From an uncultured Eubacteriales bacterium (GTDB taxonomy: Bacteria > Bacillota > Clostridia > Oscillospirales > CAG-272), in NCBI GenBank assembly GCA_934481325.1, contig CAKSPL010000001.1, positions 1 through 42,203 of the forward strand: a stretch of DNA of 42,203 nt, in the 5' to 3' direction. Within the stretch, counting starts at the first letter, position 1. Every line of letters begins with the position of its first letter. A model generated the notes under the pieces. The model was not told the DNA's origin, made no database searches, and saw nothing but the letters and a program-made list of their open reading frames with translations. This document shows, in pieces, positions 1 to 9,023 of the stretch. Both the position numbers and the translations under genes were made by a program.

Positions 1-334
1 CCTCTCTTGCTTCGTCCCCGGGGGCAAAGACTTCGTTTGCCGCCGTGGCACGCGGGCTGTTGCCCCCTGCGCCGTTAATCAGCACCGAGGTGCGCCCCAA
101 TTCCTTCAGCACCCCTGCGTGCGCCGCCAGCAGAGAGTCCTTATCCAACACGTCGCAGGGGTAAGCCGCCGCCGTGCCGCCCGCATCGCAGATGCGCCCG
201 GCAAGCTCCCGTGCGCCTTTTTCGTTGCGGTCAAGCAGAGCCACGGCATAGCCGTTTTTCGCCATTTCCAGCGCAAACGAGGAGGGCAATACTCCCGCCG
301 CTCCCGTAATGGTGCACACTCTTTTTGCTTCCAT
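1..334 (-). CDS. SDR-family oxidoreductase, N-terminal part only (gene runs off the left edge); mannonate/fructuronate-oxidoreductase-like by context
   Basis: Own translation of the minus strand from ATG at 334-332: MEAKRVCTITGAAGVLPSSFALEMAKNGYAVALLDRNEKGARELAGRICDAGG... This is the TGxxGxL Rossmann start of short-chain dehydrogenases. The ATG lies 2 nt after the uxuA stop, so same operon. Not in the ORF track because it is truncated. Confidence 0.7.
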   Translation of the reverse strand, partial: MEAKRVCTITGAAGVLPSSFALEMAKNGYAVALLDRNEKGARELAGRICDAGGTAAAYPCDVLDKDSLLAAHAGVLKELGRTSVLINGAGGNSPRATAANEVFAPGDEARE

Positions 335-335
335 A

Positions 336-1376
336 TTATTTGTCTCCTTTTTCAATCGCTTCTATCATACCGGCAAGGTACATTGCACCGAGCGCACGGT
401 CATACAGTCCGTAGCCGGGGCGTCCGTTCTCCCCCCAAATCATCCGCCCGTGGTCGGGGCGGACGTAGGAATCAAACCCGCCGCGATGCAGGGCCTTCAC
501 AATCCCGTAAATATCCAACGAGCCGCATTCCGTGGGATGTGCCACCTCGTGAAAACGGCGGTATCCGGTGCGCTTGATGTTGCGAATGTGGGCAAACGGG
601 ATGCGTTTTGCGTACTTTTGCGCCATACGCACCAGGTCGTTGTCAGGGTCGGCACCGAGGGAACCCGTGCAGAAGGTCAGTCCGTTTTCTTCCTCATCCA
701 CCAGCTTCAAAAACCGATCGATGTTTTTTTCCGAGGTGATAATCCGCGGCAAGCCGAAAATGCCCCACGGCGGATCGTCCGGATGAATTGCCATATGAAT
801 ACCGGAGGCCTTTGCCACCGGAATCACCGCCTCCAGGAAGGCTTGCAGATTGTGCCAGAGCTGTTCCTCCCCCACGTTTTCGTATCGTGCCAGCAGGGCG
901 CGCAATTCCGCGCGGGTATAGCTTTCATCCCATCCGGGGAGGGAGAGACCCTCCTTGGCGGGGTCCATCGCCCGCACGGTCTCCTCCTCGTATGCCAGGG
1001 AATTTGCACCGTTTTCCATCGGGCGGTGCAAATCACTGCGAAGCCAGTCAAACACCGGCATAAAGTTGTAGCAAACGCACCTGACGCCCGCCTCGCCGAG
1101 GCGGCGGAGGTTTTCGCAATACGCGTCAATCATCGCGGGAGCTTTCCCGGAGCCGAGTTTGATCTCCTCCGGCACCGGCACGCTTTCCACCACCTCAAAC
1201 AAAAGCCCGTGTGCCGCCGCGTCCTCGCGGATTTTCGCAATGCTCTCCCGGGACCAAACGCCGCCGGGCGGCACGTCATATACGGCACTGACCACGGATT
1301 TTACCGCGGGAATCTGTGAAATCGCGGTCAGCGTCACCGGGTCACCGTCGCCGTAATGGCGAAAGGTCATCATCAT
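336..1376 (-). CDS. uxuA: Mannonate dehydratase
   Basis: 346-aa ORF with UxuA-typical blocks CYNFMPVFDW, MAIHPDDPPWGIFGLPRI and VRPDHGRMIWGE. GGAGG lies 8 nt upstream of the ATG at 1376. Confidence 0.9.
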   Translation of the reverse strand: MMMTFRHYGDGDPVTLTAISQIPAVKSVVSAVYDVPPGGVWSRESIAKIREDAAAHGLLFEVVESVPVPEEIKLGSGKAPAMIDAYCENLRRLGEAGVRCVCYNFMPVFDWLRSDLHRPMENGANSLAYEEETVRAMDPAKEGLSLPGWDESYTRAELRALLARYENVGEEQLWHNLQAFLEAVIPVAKASGIHMAIHPDDPPWGIFGLPRIITSEKNIDRFLKLVDEEENGLTFCTGSLGADPDNDLVRMAQKYAKRIPFAHIRNIKRTGYRRFHEVAHPTECGSLDIYGIVKALHRGGFDSYVRPDHGRMIWGENGRPGYGLYDRALGAMYLAGMIEAIEKGDK

Positions 1377-1500
1377 ACGGAGTTCCTCCTCTCTTTTCGC
1401 GGACAGGTAAACGATAAAGCCGACCTCGCGTCAGCCTTTCTCTTGATGATATTGTAGCATTTCTTTTGTGCAAATAAATTGACTATTTTTTCATAAAACA

Positions 1501-1529
1501 TTGCAAATCGGTTCATTCTATGTTATACT
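1501..1529 (+). promoter_or_regulatory. SigA-type promoter for the AraC-family gene
   Basis: TTGCAA (1501-1506), 17-nt spacer, TATACT (1524-1529), preceded by TGT (extended -10). It lies 20 nt upstream of the ATG at 1550. Confidence 0.55.
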
Positions 1530-1549
1530 GTTCCCAAAGGAGGGATGGT

Positions 1550-2419
1550 ATGAAGCTGTTTGAAGCCTCGGACGGAACCGAAATGATTCATCATTCCATT
1601 GATACGGAGCCGGACGAACGCAATTTTCCCCTGCACGCGCACAAATTCTGTGAAATTTTCTGTTTCTTTGGGGGGGACGGCGTTTACACGGTTGAGGGGC
1701 GGGACTACCCCCTCTCCCCGGGGGCGATTCTGCTGTTTCGGGAAGGGGAAACGCACAAGCTGCACATCCGCCCGGAAACCCCATACGAGCGGATTGCCGT
1801 GCATTTTGACCTTACCGCCTGCCTTGGCGAAAATGCGGCGTATCCCCCCATACGCGCGCTGTTTTCGGACCGCCTCCCCGGTTGCGGCAATCTGTTTCTC
1901 CCCACCGGGGCGCACGCCGAATTTATCGAAAGCATTTTTTCCCGCCTTTGCCGCAAAAGCGGCGGAAAACCAGAATTCCGCGCACGCCTTTCGGCATTGC
2001 TGCCCGCCCTGCTGTTGGAGCTGACCGAGCTTGCCGAAGCTCCCGTTTTTGCCCCGCACGGCAAGGATACTATGACCGTAGCCGGCATCGTGGACTACAT
2101 CAACCGCAACCTCTTTACCATATCGGGCGTGGAGGAGCTGGAACGGCATTTCTATCTCAGCCGCTCCACCCTCAACCGCCTGTTCCGCCGCTCGGTCGGC
2201 TCCTCGGTGTGGGATTTTGTGGTGATTAAGCGTCTGCACGCGGCGCGGCGAATGATCCGCGCCGGAAAGCCAGCCGCCCTTGCCGCCGATACCTGTGGCT
2301 TCGGGGATTATTCCGCCTTTTACAGAAGCTATTGCAAAACCTTTGGGGAAAGCCCGCGCGGAGAAAAAAATCCCGCAAAAAGCCGAATAGGGGTTGCAAA
2401 AGAACCGGAAATGTATTAA
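1550..2419 (+). CDS. AraC-family transcriptional regulator (N-terminal cupin-like sensor, C-terminal HTH)
   Basis: Start moved to the ATG at 1550 (MKLFEASDG...), which has AGGAGGG 6 nt upstream. C-terminus SRSTLNRLFRR...ADTCGFGDYSAFYRSYCKTFGESP is the AraC/XylS double-HTH signature. N-terminus PLHAHKFCEIF...GETHKL is cupin-like. Confidence 0.85.
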   Translation: MKLFEASDGTEMIHHSIDTEPDERNFPLHAHKFCEIFCFFGGDGVYTVEGRDYPLSPGAILLFREGETHKLHIRPETPYERIAVHFDLTACLGENAAYPPIRALFSDRLPGCGNLFLPTGAHAEFIESIFSRLCRKSGGKPEFRARLSALLPALLLELTELAEAPVFAPHGKDTMTVAGIVDYINRNLFTISGVEELERHFYLSRSTLNRLFRRSVGSSVWDFVVIKRLHAARRMIRAGKPAALAADTCGFGDYSAFYRSYCKTFGESPRGEKNPAKSRIGVAKEPEMY

Positions 2420-2480
2420 AATAGTACTGTTTGAGGACGCTAACCGGAAAGCGTCCATTCCATAGAACCGAGGACGAAAT

Positions 2481-3179
2481 ATGAGCTACAAAACCGAATT
2501 GCACTGTCACAGTGCGGGCGTGAGTGCCTGCGCACGCATTGCCCCTGCCGACATCGCGGAAAAATACCTTGCCGCAGGCTATACCACCGTGGTGCTGACC
2601 AACCACCTGAGCTTTGTCACCTTCTCCCCCGACAACTATCACGGCTCCTACGATTGGCAGGAGAAGATGGACTTTTTCCTTGCCGGCTACCACGCATTGA
2701 AAGAGGCGGCAGGGAATCGGCTGAACGTTCTGCTTGGCGCGGAAATCCGCCTTTATAAGCACGAAGCCACGGACTATCTGGTATACGGGCTGACCGAGGA
2801 CTTTCTGCGCACCCACCCGGGCATCCTGGATACCGACTTTCCCGTTTTTTCTCAGTGCGTGCGCGCGGCGGGGCTGTTTTTGGTACAGGCGCATCCCTTT
2901 CGCAATCATATGGTAGTCACCGAGCCGAGCCTACTGGATGCCATCGAAACCTACAACGGCAATAAGCACTGCGCCTCCCGCAACGATATGGCGGAAATCT
3001 GGGCGGAGCGTTTCCATATGCGGAAAACCTCCGGCTCTGACCTGCACCGCCCGGCGGACGATGCCTGCGCCGGCATCCGCACCGAAACGCCGATTACCAC
3101 CAACGAAGAATTGCTGGCGGTTCTGCGCTCCGGCAACTATACCCTGATTCAGGAAGCCAAAAATCTGCAGGAGGACTGA
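2481..3179 (+). CDS. PHP-domain (polymerase/histidinol-phosphatase-like) metal-dependent phosphoesterase, copy 1
   Basis: 232 aa. N-terminal ELHCHS His-x-His motif, later AHPFR and SGSDLH, which are typical PHP metal ligands. Function beyond the fold is unknown. Confidence 0.7.
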   Translation: MSYKTELHCHSAGVSACARIAPADIAEKYLAAGYTTVVLTNHLSFVTFSPDNYHGSYDWQEKMDFFLAGYHALKEAAGNRLNVLLGAEIRLYKHEATDYLVYGLTEDFLRTHPGILDTDFPVFSQCVRAAGLFLVQAHPFRNHMVVTEPSLLDAIETYNGNKHCASRNDMAEIWAERFHMRKTSGSDLHRPADDACAGIRTETPITTNEELLAVLRSGNYTLIQEAKNLQED

Positions 3180-3187
3180 GCGGAACG

Positions 3188-3886
3188 ATGAGCTACAAAA
3201 CCGAATTGCACTGTCACAGTGCGGGCGTGAGTGCCTGTGCGCACATCTCTCCCGCGGAGCTGGCGGAAAAATACATTGCCGCAGGCTATACCACCGTGGT
3301 GCTGACCAATCACCTGAGCCTTTCCACCTTTGCCCCCAACAATTATCACGGCACCTATGACTGGCAGGAGAAGATGGACTTTTTCCTTGCCGGCTACCAC
3401 GCATTAAGGGAGGCGGCAGGGGATCGGCTGAACGTTCTGCTTGGCGGGGAATTCCGCCTTTTCAAGCACGAGGCCACGGATTTTCTGGTATACGGACTGA
3501 CCGAGGCGTTTCTTCGCACCCACCCGGACATTCTGAGAACCGGATTCTCCATCTTCTCCCAGCGTGTGCGCGCGGCGGGGCTGTTTGTGGTGCAGGCGCA
3601 TCCTTTCCGCAAAAATATGATGATGACCGACCCGAAATTGTTGGACGCGATAGAAGCCTACAACGGCAACAAACGCCACCCCTCCCGCAATGACTTTGCG
3701 GAATTGTGGGCGGACCGCTTCGGGATGCGGAAAACCTCCGGCTCCGATGTGCACCGCCCGGAGGACGACGCGTGTGCCGGCATCCGCACCGAAACGCCGA
3801 TTACAAGCAACGAGGAATTGTTGGAGACTCTGCGTTCCGGCAATTACACCCTGATCAGAGAAGCCGCAAATTTAATGGAGGACTGA
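3188..3886 (+). CDS. PHP-domain phosphoesterase, copy 2 (tandem paralog of 2481-3179)
   Basis: Same length (232 aa) and collinear with copy 1. I count roughly 80 percent identical residues by eye, and the first ~50 nt are near-identical. Confidence 0.7.
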   Translation: MSYKTELHCHSAGVSACAHISPAELAEKYIAAGYTTVVLTNHLSLSTFAPNNYHGTYDWQEKMDFFLAGYHALREAAGDRLNVLLGGEFRLFKHEATDFLVYGLTEAFLRTHPDILRTGFSIFSQRVRAAGLFVVQAHPFRKNMMMTDPKLLDAIEAYNGNKRHPSRNDFAELWADRFGMRKTSGSDVHRPEDDACAGIRTETPITSNEELLETLRSGNYTLIREAANLMED

Positions 3887-3889
3887 ACG

Positions 3890-4675
3890 ATGAAACTGCT
3901 CTGCCTTGGCACGGGTGCCGCCGACTGGACCGATAAGGATCGGGTTCCCGGCCCTGCGTGGCGAAACTTCACCAGCACCCTGATTGACGGGACGCTTCTG
4001 ATTGATCCGGGTCCGCACATTTTCCGTTTCGCAAAGGAACACGACCTCCCGGACCTTTTTGACGGCGTAACCGACGTGTTGGTAACCCACTCACACGGGG
4101 ATCATTTCTCGCCCACGGCGGTCAAAGCCTTGTGGGAGAAAAAGCCGCGGCACCTTATCGGCGGCTTCGGCTGTATGCAATGCCTCACGGAGTACGATCC
4201 GTTTTTCGCCGCAAAGGTGAATTTTACGGAACTGAAACCGTTTGACGGCACTGCCGCGGCAGGCTATGACATCTTTACCCTGCCTGCCAACCACAGCACC
4301 GCCGTACCGGGCGAAGTTCCGTTCCACTACATCCTGCAAAAAGACGGAAAATCGCTTTATTACGGGCTGGACGGCGGCTGGATGCTGCGGGAAAGCTGGA
4401 ACGCTTTCCGCAAATGGGCGCACTTTGATGCGATGATTCTTGACACCACCGTGGGAGATGTGGAGGGGGACTTCCGCATTTTTGAGCACAACAATATCCG
4501 GATGGTGGAGGAGATGGTATCCACCTTCCGAAAGCTTGGCGTGCTGAAACCGCAAAGCAGAGTTTTTGCCGACCATATGGCAAAAACCCTGCATACCGAC
4601 CACGAAACACTGGCAGCGCGCCTTGCGCCTTCCGGCATCACCCCCTGCTTTGACGGGATGGAAATCGAAATCTGA
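3890..4675 (+). CDS. MBL-fold metallo-hydrolase
   Basis: 261 aa with the HxHxDH motif (VTHSHGDHF). GGAGGA is upstream. The start is 4 nt after PHP copy 2, so same operon. Confidence 0.8.
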   Translation: MKLLCLGTGAADWTDKDRVPGPAWRNFTSTLIDGTLLIDPGPHIFRFAKEHDLPDLFDGVTDVLVTHSHGDHFSPTAVKALWEKKPRHLIGGFGCMQCLTEYDPFFAAKVNFTELKPFDGTAAAGYDIFTLPANHSTAVPGEVPFHYILQKDGKSLYYGLDGGWMLRESWNAFRKWAHFDAMILDTTVGDVEGDFRIFEHNNIRMVEEMVSTFRKLGVLKPQSRVFADHMAKTLHTDHETLAARLAPSGITPCFDGMEIEI

Positions 4676-4708
4676 ACCCGCCGGAGTGCCGGCTATTCTG
4701 TCAGGCAT

Positions 4709-4742
4709 AAAAAAGACCGGGCATATGCCCGGTCTTTTTTTT
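4709..4742. terminator. Bidirectional intrinsic terminator between convergent genes
   Basis: Palindrome AAAAAAGACCGGGCA-TA-TGCCCGGTCTTTTTTTT: a GC stem flanked by an A-run and a T-run. It sits between the MBL gene (+) and the transglutaminase-like gene (-). Confidence 0.85.
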
Positions 4743-6111
4743 ATGCCGCAAAGGTACACTGCCGTATCTCAAACGAGGAATCCTGAGGCGAGGTGCCAAA
4801 CACCAGCAACAGGGTTTTTCCGTTCCGTTCCAGAATCCCGTAAACCGAGGAGCGTGAAGCGGCAAACAGCAAAAGCAAGGTGTCCTCGCCGCTCACGGGG
4901 TCATACATCCGCACGGAATTCGGCGTGTTATAAATCAGCTTGCCTTCATACACGCACAAGCCCGAAAAGCACGCGGTGTAATAAGTGCTGCTGTCCTGCT
5001 TCCACTCCCCGCCGATCGGGGTTACCGCCGTCATATTCGCCGCGTCCGTTCCGGTATAAAGCGCACCGTGCAGGCGGTTTCTGCCCGAGGTGCTTTCCTC
5101 GGAGACCGCGCAATAGTAATTTCCGTCCGTTTTCTGAATCGGCGCGCGGGAGCTATGATATGCGGCACCGTCATATCTCGTGTCCGAGGCAGCAACCGGT
5201 GCGCTCCATTTACGGTGCGGATTTTCGCTTTGGGCATCCGTGCCGACAAGCCCGTTGTCGCTTTGCAGAAAATACAGATAGGAAACCTCCGCCGGATTGA
5301 CCGAGCTGTCATCCCAGGTAATGTCCACGTGGTACCATTGTCCGTCTATTTTTACCAGATTCCACGCGTGCAGCATTTCACTGCTGGTCACCGGGAGAAC
5401 TTCCAGCCCGATTGCGTTGCCTGCCGCGATAAACGCCAGCATATACGCCTGGCAAACCCCGGTTTTTTCCTCAAAAAATCTGCTTGCATCCCGGATGGTG
5501 TAGGTGTAATCGTAAGTATAATTGCGCACGAAATAATCGTGCAGGTAAAGTGCCTTGTCAAAATCCCCCCACGCGGCGTCCGCCCCTGCGGTGATTTCGG
5601 CAAGCGTTTCCTCATACCGTGCGGTACGTGCGGCAATCTCCGCTTCGCCATAAAGATATTCGGGCAGGATTTCCTTTACCTCATCGCCCGCAGACGAATA
5701 GGAATACTGGGAGGAAACGAAAAACAGCTCCGGGTGCGAATACTGAATCTGTGCCATCGTGTTTCTGACCTGTGCCACCGACAGATGAAATGCGGAAACG
5801 TCGATTTTCTCCCGCTGTGCCTGCATCGCGCTGCACAGCGTCCCTTCCAGATCGCTACTGAGCGGTGAGGAAAGGTCATAATCCGCATAAATCTGACTCG
5901 CATCGCCCGAGGAAGCCTCGGTCGGTCTTGAAATCGCGCCGCTGATGGTTTTGCCGATCGCGGAAACGGTGTTTTCCGCCTTTTCGGTTGCCTTTTGCCA
6001 CGCCGCGGTTACACCGCCAAGGTCGGGAAGTGCATTTTGCCGCCAAAGCGTCAGCGTGCAAAGCAGACAAACAAGCAACAACCCGGATACCACCCGCCAG
6101 AATTTTCTCAT
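4741..6111 (-). CDS. Membrane-anchored transglutaminase-like (cysteine protease fold) protein
   Basis: 456 aa. N-terminal TM (VVSGLLLVCLLCTLTLW). Core Cys-His-Asp arrangement: GVCQAYMLAF ... LHAWNLVKIDGQWYHVDITWDD. GGAGGTG RBS. Confidence 0.75.
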   Translation of the reverse strand: MRKFWRVVSGLLLVCLLCTLTLWRQNALPDLGGVTAAWQKATEKAENTVSAIGKTISGAISRPTEASSGDASQIYADYDLSSPLSSDLEGTLCSAMQAQREKIDVSAFHLSVAQVRNTMAQIQYSHPELFFVSSQYSYSSAGDEVKEILPEYLYGEAEIAARTARYEETLAEITAGADAAWGDFDKALYLHDYFVRNYTYDYTYTIRDASRFFEEKTGVCQAYMLAFIAAGNAIGLEVLPVTSSEMLHAWNLVKIDGQWYHVDITWDDSSVNPAEVSYLYFLQSDNGLVGTDAQSENPHRKWSAPVAASDTRYDGAAYHSSRAPIQKTDGNYYCAVSEESTSGRNRLHGALYTGTDAANMTAVTPIGGEWKQDSSTYYTACFSGLCVYEGKLIYNTPNSVRMYDPVSGEDTLLLLFAASRSSVYGILERNGKTLLLVFGTSPQDSSFEIRQCTFAA

Positions 6112-6147
6112 CGGCTCACACCTCCCCTTTCCAAACTCGGTTCCGGA

Positions 6148-6588
6148 TTACTGAAAATCAGCCTCGCTTGCTTCTTCATCCCGCGGGATTTCACGTTTGG
6201 CACAGGGTGCCGTTGCGGTTTCCCCATCGCGATCCCCACCAAGGGCGTGGCGCATTCTTTCTTCCATTTCCGCGCTTTCTTCCTCGGTGAAAAACTCCTC
6301 CTCTGCCTCCTCGGCGTCCGCGTCCGCATCCGCGGCATCATCGGTCGCCTCTTCCGCCTCCCCGTTTTCCGGGTCGGCTTTCTTTTTGGGGCAAGGCAGT
6401 TTCTTTTCCAGTTTTTCCGCAGGGGTCAACAGCACACCGAGCGTAAGCCCCGTGCTTGCCATCAGCAGCATTGCCTGCCATACACTGCGCTTTTTACAGC
6501 TGAGAACCAGGAAGGTAATCACCAGGTGCAGTGCGGCAACCGCCGTTTTCAGCGCGCAAATCGGATTGCATTTTTTCAGTTTTTTCAT
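6148..6588 (-). CDS. Hypothetical small membrane protein with polyacidic C-terminal tail
   Basis: 146 aa with two hydrophobic segments near the N-terminus, then DDAADADADAEEAEEEFFTEEESAEMEE. GGGGGA RBS. Packed between prfB and the transglutaminase-like gene. I recognise no family. Confidence 0.5.
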   Translation of the reverse strand: MKKLKKCNPICALKTAVAALHLVITFLVLSCKKRSVWQAMLLMASTGLTLGVLLTPAEKLEKKLPCPKKKADPENGEAEEATDDAADADADAEEAEEEFFTEEESAEMEERMRHALGGDRDGETATAPCAKREIPRDEEASEADFQ

Positions 6589-6602
6589 TTTGGTTTCCCC
6601 CT

Positions 6603-7712
6603 TTATTGTTTTGCGTTCATTTTCAGATACGCATTGATAAACCCGTCAATGTCGCCGTCCATCACGGCACCGATGTTTCCGTTTTCAAAGCCCGTGCGGG
6701 TATCCTTGACCAGCGTATAGGGCATAAACACGTAGGAACGGATCTGCGAGCCCCATTCGATGTTGACCTTGTTGCCCTGAATTTCTTCAATCGTATCCAA
6801 CCGCTCGCGGATTTTGATTTCCATCAGCTTTGCTTTCAGCATTTTCATAGCGGTTTCTTTATTCTGCAACTGACTGCGCTCGGTCTGGCAACCCACCACA
6901 ATGCCTGTGGGCTTGTGCAGAATCCGGATGGCGGAGTCGGTTTTGTTGATATGCTGACCGCCCGCGCCGCTGGAACGGTGTGCCGTCACCTCAATATCTT
7001 CGTCCCGGATTACCACCTTATCCACATCGGAAAATTCCGGCATTACCTCAATCGAGGCAAAGGAGGTCTGCCGCCGCCCTGCCGCGTCAAACGGGGAAAC
7101 GCGCACCAGCCGATGCACGCCGTTTTCGCTTTTCAGATACCCGTAGGCGTTATTGCCCTCCACCATAATAGTGGCGCTCTTGATGCCCGCGCAATCGCCG
7201 TCCAGCCAGTCCACCAGCTTGTATTTGAAGTGGTGACGCTCCGCCCAGCGCGTAATCATCCGGTACAGCATCTGCGCCCAATCCTGTGCCTCGGTGCCGC
7301 CGGCACCCGGGTGAAACGACACAATCGCGTTGCTGTGGTCATATTCTCCGCAGAGAAGCACCTCCATCCGCTGTGTTTCTTCCTCCTGTCGGATTTCGGC
7401 AAGCTCGTTTTCCACTTCCTCGGTGCAGGATTCGTCCTCGGTTTCGATTGCAATATCGGCAAGCGCGATGGCATCCTCCAACCGTGCGCACAGTGCCTCG
7501 TATTCCTCAATCGTGTCTTTGCTTTGTTTCAGTTCCTGCAAGACCTTGGAGGAATTCTCCTGATCCCCCCAGAACGCAGGATCGGCGGTTTTGTGTTCCA
7601 GCTCGGTTACGCGCAGTTTCAGATCTTCAATCCGAAGCGCACTGCCGAGGTCCGTCAGCTGTCCCCGCATATCCACCAAATCGTGCCTTGCGTTTTCCAA
7701 TGCGATAATCAA
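6603..7712 (-). CDS. prfB: Peptide chain release factor 2, encoded in a single frame
   Basis: SPF tripeptide (VRVSPFDAAGRRQTSF) and GGQ loop (SGAGGQHINKTDSAIR). I place the start at TTG 7712-7710, 5 nt after GGGAGG, giving 369 aa. The 400-aa track ORF starts further upstream in the promoter region. Confidence 0.9.
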   Translation of the reverse strand: MIIALENARHDLVDMRGQLTDLGSALRIEDLKLRVTELEHKTADPAFWGDQENSSKVLQELKQSKDTIEEYEALCARLEDAIALADIAIETEDESCTEEVENELAEIRQEEETQRMEVLLCGEYDHSNAIVSFHPGAGGTEAQDWAQMLYRMITRWAERHHFKYKLVDWLDGDCAGIKSATIMVEGNNAYGYLKSENGVHRLVRVSPFDAAGRRQTSFASIEVMPEFSDVDKVVIRDEDIEVTAHRSSGAGGQHINKTDSAIRILHKPTGIVVGCQTERSQLQNKETAMKMLKAKLMEIKIRERLDTIEEIQGNKVNIEWGSQIRSYVFMPYTLVKDTRTGFENGNIGAVMDGDIDGFINAYLKMNAKQ

Positions 7713-7762
7713 AAAAACCTCCCGCCGCCACCGCGGCTCATTTCCATAATTACTCAAAATAT

Positions 7763-7791
7763 AGTATAGCACAGCTTTTCCTTTTTGACAA
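7763..7791 (-). promoter_or_regulatory. SigA-type promoter for prfB
   Basis: Minus strand reads TTGTCA (7791-7786), 17-nt spacer, TGC-TATACT (-10 at 7768-7763). Confidence 0.55.
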
Positions 7792-7814
7792 GTGGCACGG
7801 GGCAAATTTTTCGT

Positions 7815-7847
7815 GAAAAAACGGGGCGGTTTCCCGCCCCGTTTTCA
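7815..7847 (-). terminator. Intrinsic terminator downstream of serA
   Basis: Stem ACGGGGCGG / CCGCCCCGT with a 4-nt loop. On the minus strand it is followed by TTTTTT (complement of 7815-7820). Confidence 0.8.
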
Positions 7848-7853
7848 GAAAAA

Positions 7854-9023
7854 CTATCCGAACCGGATAACCCGCACGCGATGCACCCCCTCAATGGCAC
7901 CGAGTGCCGCCAGTGCATCCGCCCCGATTCCGGTATTGACGTCCAGCATCGTATACGCGTTTTCGCCTTTGGAACGATTCAGCATATTCTCGATATTTAC
8001 CCCCTGTTTGGAAAAAACCGTTGTGATTTTCGTCAGAGTGGCGGGAATATTGGCGTGTAGCACGCACACCCGCACACCCGCGCCGGGCGGGCAGGAGACA
8101 TCCGGGTAGTTGACGCTGTTGCGGATATTGCCCGCCGTCAGGTAGTCGTCCAGCTGTGTCGCCGCCATCATCGCGCATTTCTCCTCCGACTCCGCCGTGG
8201 AGGCCCCGAGATGCGGAATCGTCACGGCTCCGGGAATTGCCACCGTCTCCGCCGTCGGAAAATCGGTAACGTAGGCACCGACCTTGCCCGCCCTCATCGC
8301 CGCCGCAAGGTCGGCGGCACAGACCAATTCCGCACGCGCAAGATTCACGATTTTTACGCCGTCCTTCATTCCTGCAATGGATGCCGCGTTAATCATTCCG
8401 GCGGTTTCCTTTGTCGCGGGCGTGTGCAGGGTGAGATAATCGGCATTGGCAAACACCTCGTCAAAAGATGCCGCCTTTTGTACCAGATGGTTCATATTCC
8501 ACGCCGAATCCACCGAGAGATACGGGTCATAACCGATGACCCGCATCCCGAGGGCAAGCGCGGCATTTGCCACCATCCCGCCGATGGCACCAAGCCCGAT
8601 CACCCCCAGCGTTTTTCCGTACAGCTCCGTGCCGCCGAAAGCGGACTTGCCCGCCTCCACCTGCTTTGCCACATCCGGAGCACCGGCAAGCGAACGGGCA
8701 AAATTCACCCCGTCCACCACGCGCCGCGCGGCAAGAAAAAGCGCGCACAGGGTCAGCTCCTTGACCCCGTTGGCGTTTGCCCCCGGTGTGTTGAAAACCA
8801 CAATCCCGGCGGCAGAGCAACGCTCCACCGGAATATTGTTCACCCCGGCACCCGCACGGGCAATCGCCACCAGTTCCTTACCGAATGTCATATCGTGCAT
8901 TTTGGCGGAGCGGACAAGAATCCCCTCGGGTGCCGTGATTTCCGCTCCGTAACGATACCGGTCGGGGTCAAGGCGGTCAAGTCCCGCCCCGGCGATGTTG
9001 TTCAGCAGTAAAATATTCTTCAT
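7854..9023 (-). CDS. serA: D-3-phosphoglycerate dehydrogenase with C-terminal ACT domain
   Basis: 389 aa. 2-hydroxyacid dehydrogenase blocks GAGVNNIPVE, NAD loop GVIGLGAIGGMVA and HLGASTAES. The C-terminus VCVLHANIPATLTKITTVFSKQGVNIENM is ACT-like. Adjacent to serC. Confidence 0.85.
   Translation of the reverse strand: MKNILLLNNIAGAGLDRLDPDRYRYGAEITAPEGILVRSAKMHDMTFGKELVAIARAGAGVNNIPVERCSAAGIVVFNTPGANANGVKELTLCALFLAARRVVDGVNFARSLAGAPDVAKQVEAGKSAFGGTELYGKTLGVIGLGAIGGMVANAALALGMRVIGYDPYLSVDSAWNMNHLVQKAASFDEVFANADYLTLHTPATKETAGMINAASIAGMKDGVKIVNLARAELVCAADLAAAMRAGKVGAYVTDFPTAETVAIPGAVTIPHLGASTAESEEKCAMMAATQLDDYLTAGNIRNSVNYPDVSCPPGAGVRVCVLHANIPATLTKITTVFSKQGVNIENMLNRSKGENAYTMLDVNTGIGADALAALGAIEGVHRVRVIRFG

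Noticed and set aside
2435-2456. A hairpin, GGACGCT-aaccggaa-AGCGTCC, between the AraC gene and the first PHP gene, as a possible terminator or attenuator.
   Set aside because: The stem is short and has no T-run. That is too weak to call.
7600-7712. I looked for the RF2 CTT-TGA-C programmed frameshift site.
   Set aside because: It is not present. The region is one continuous frame (CTT CGG at the homologous position). Reported as a minor finding instead.
6531-7769. A 412-aa plus-strand ORF opposite prfB. Similar shadows lie opposite uxuA (309-1319), serC (9142-10221) and glpK (19211-20509, minus strand).
   Set aside because: The opposite-strand genes are unambiguous housekeeping genes, and these ORFs lack any motif.
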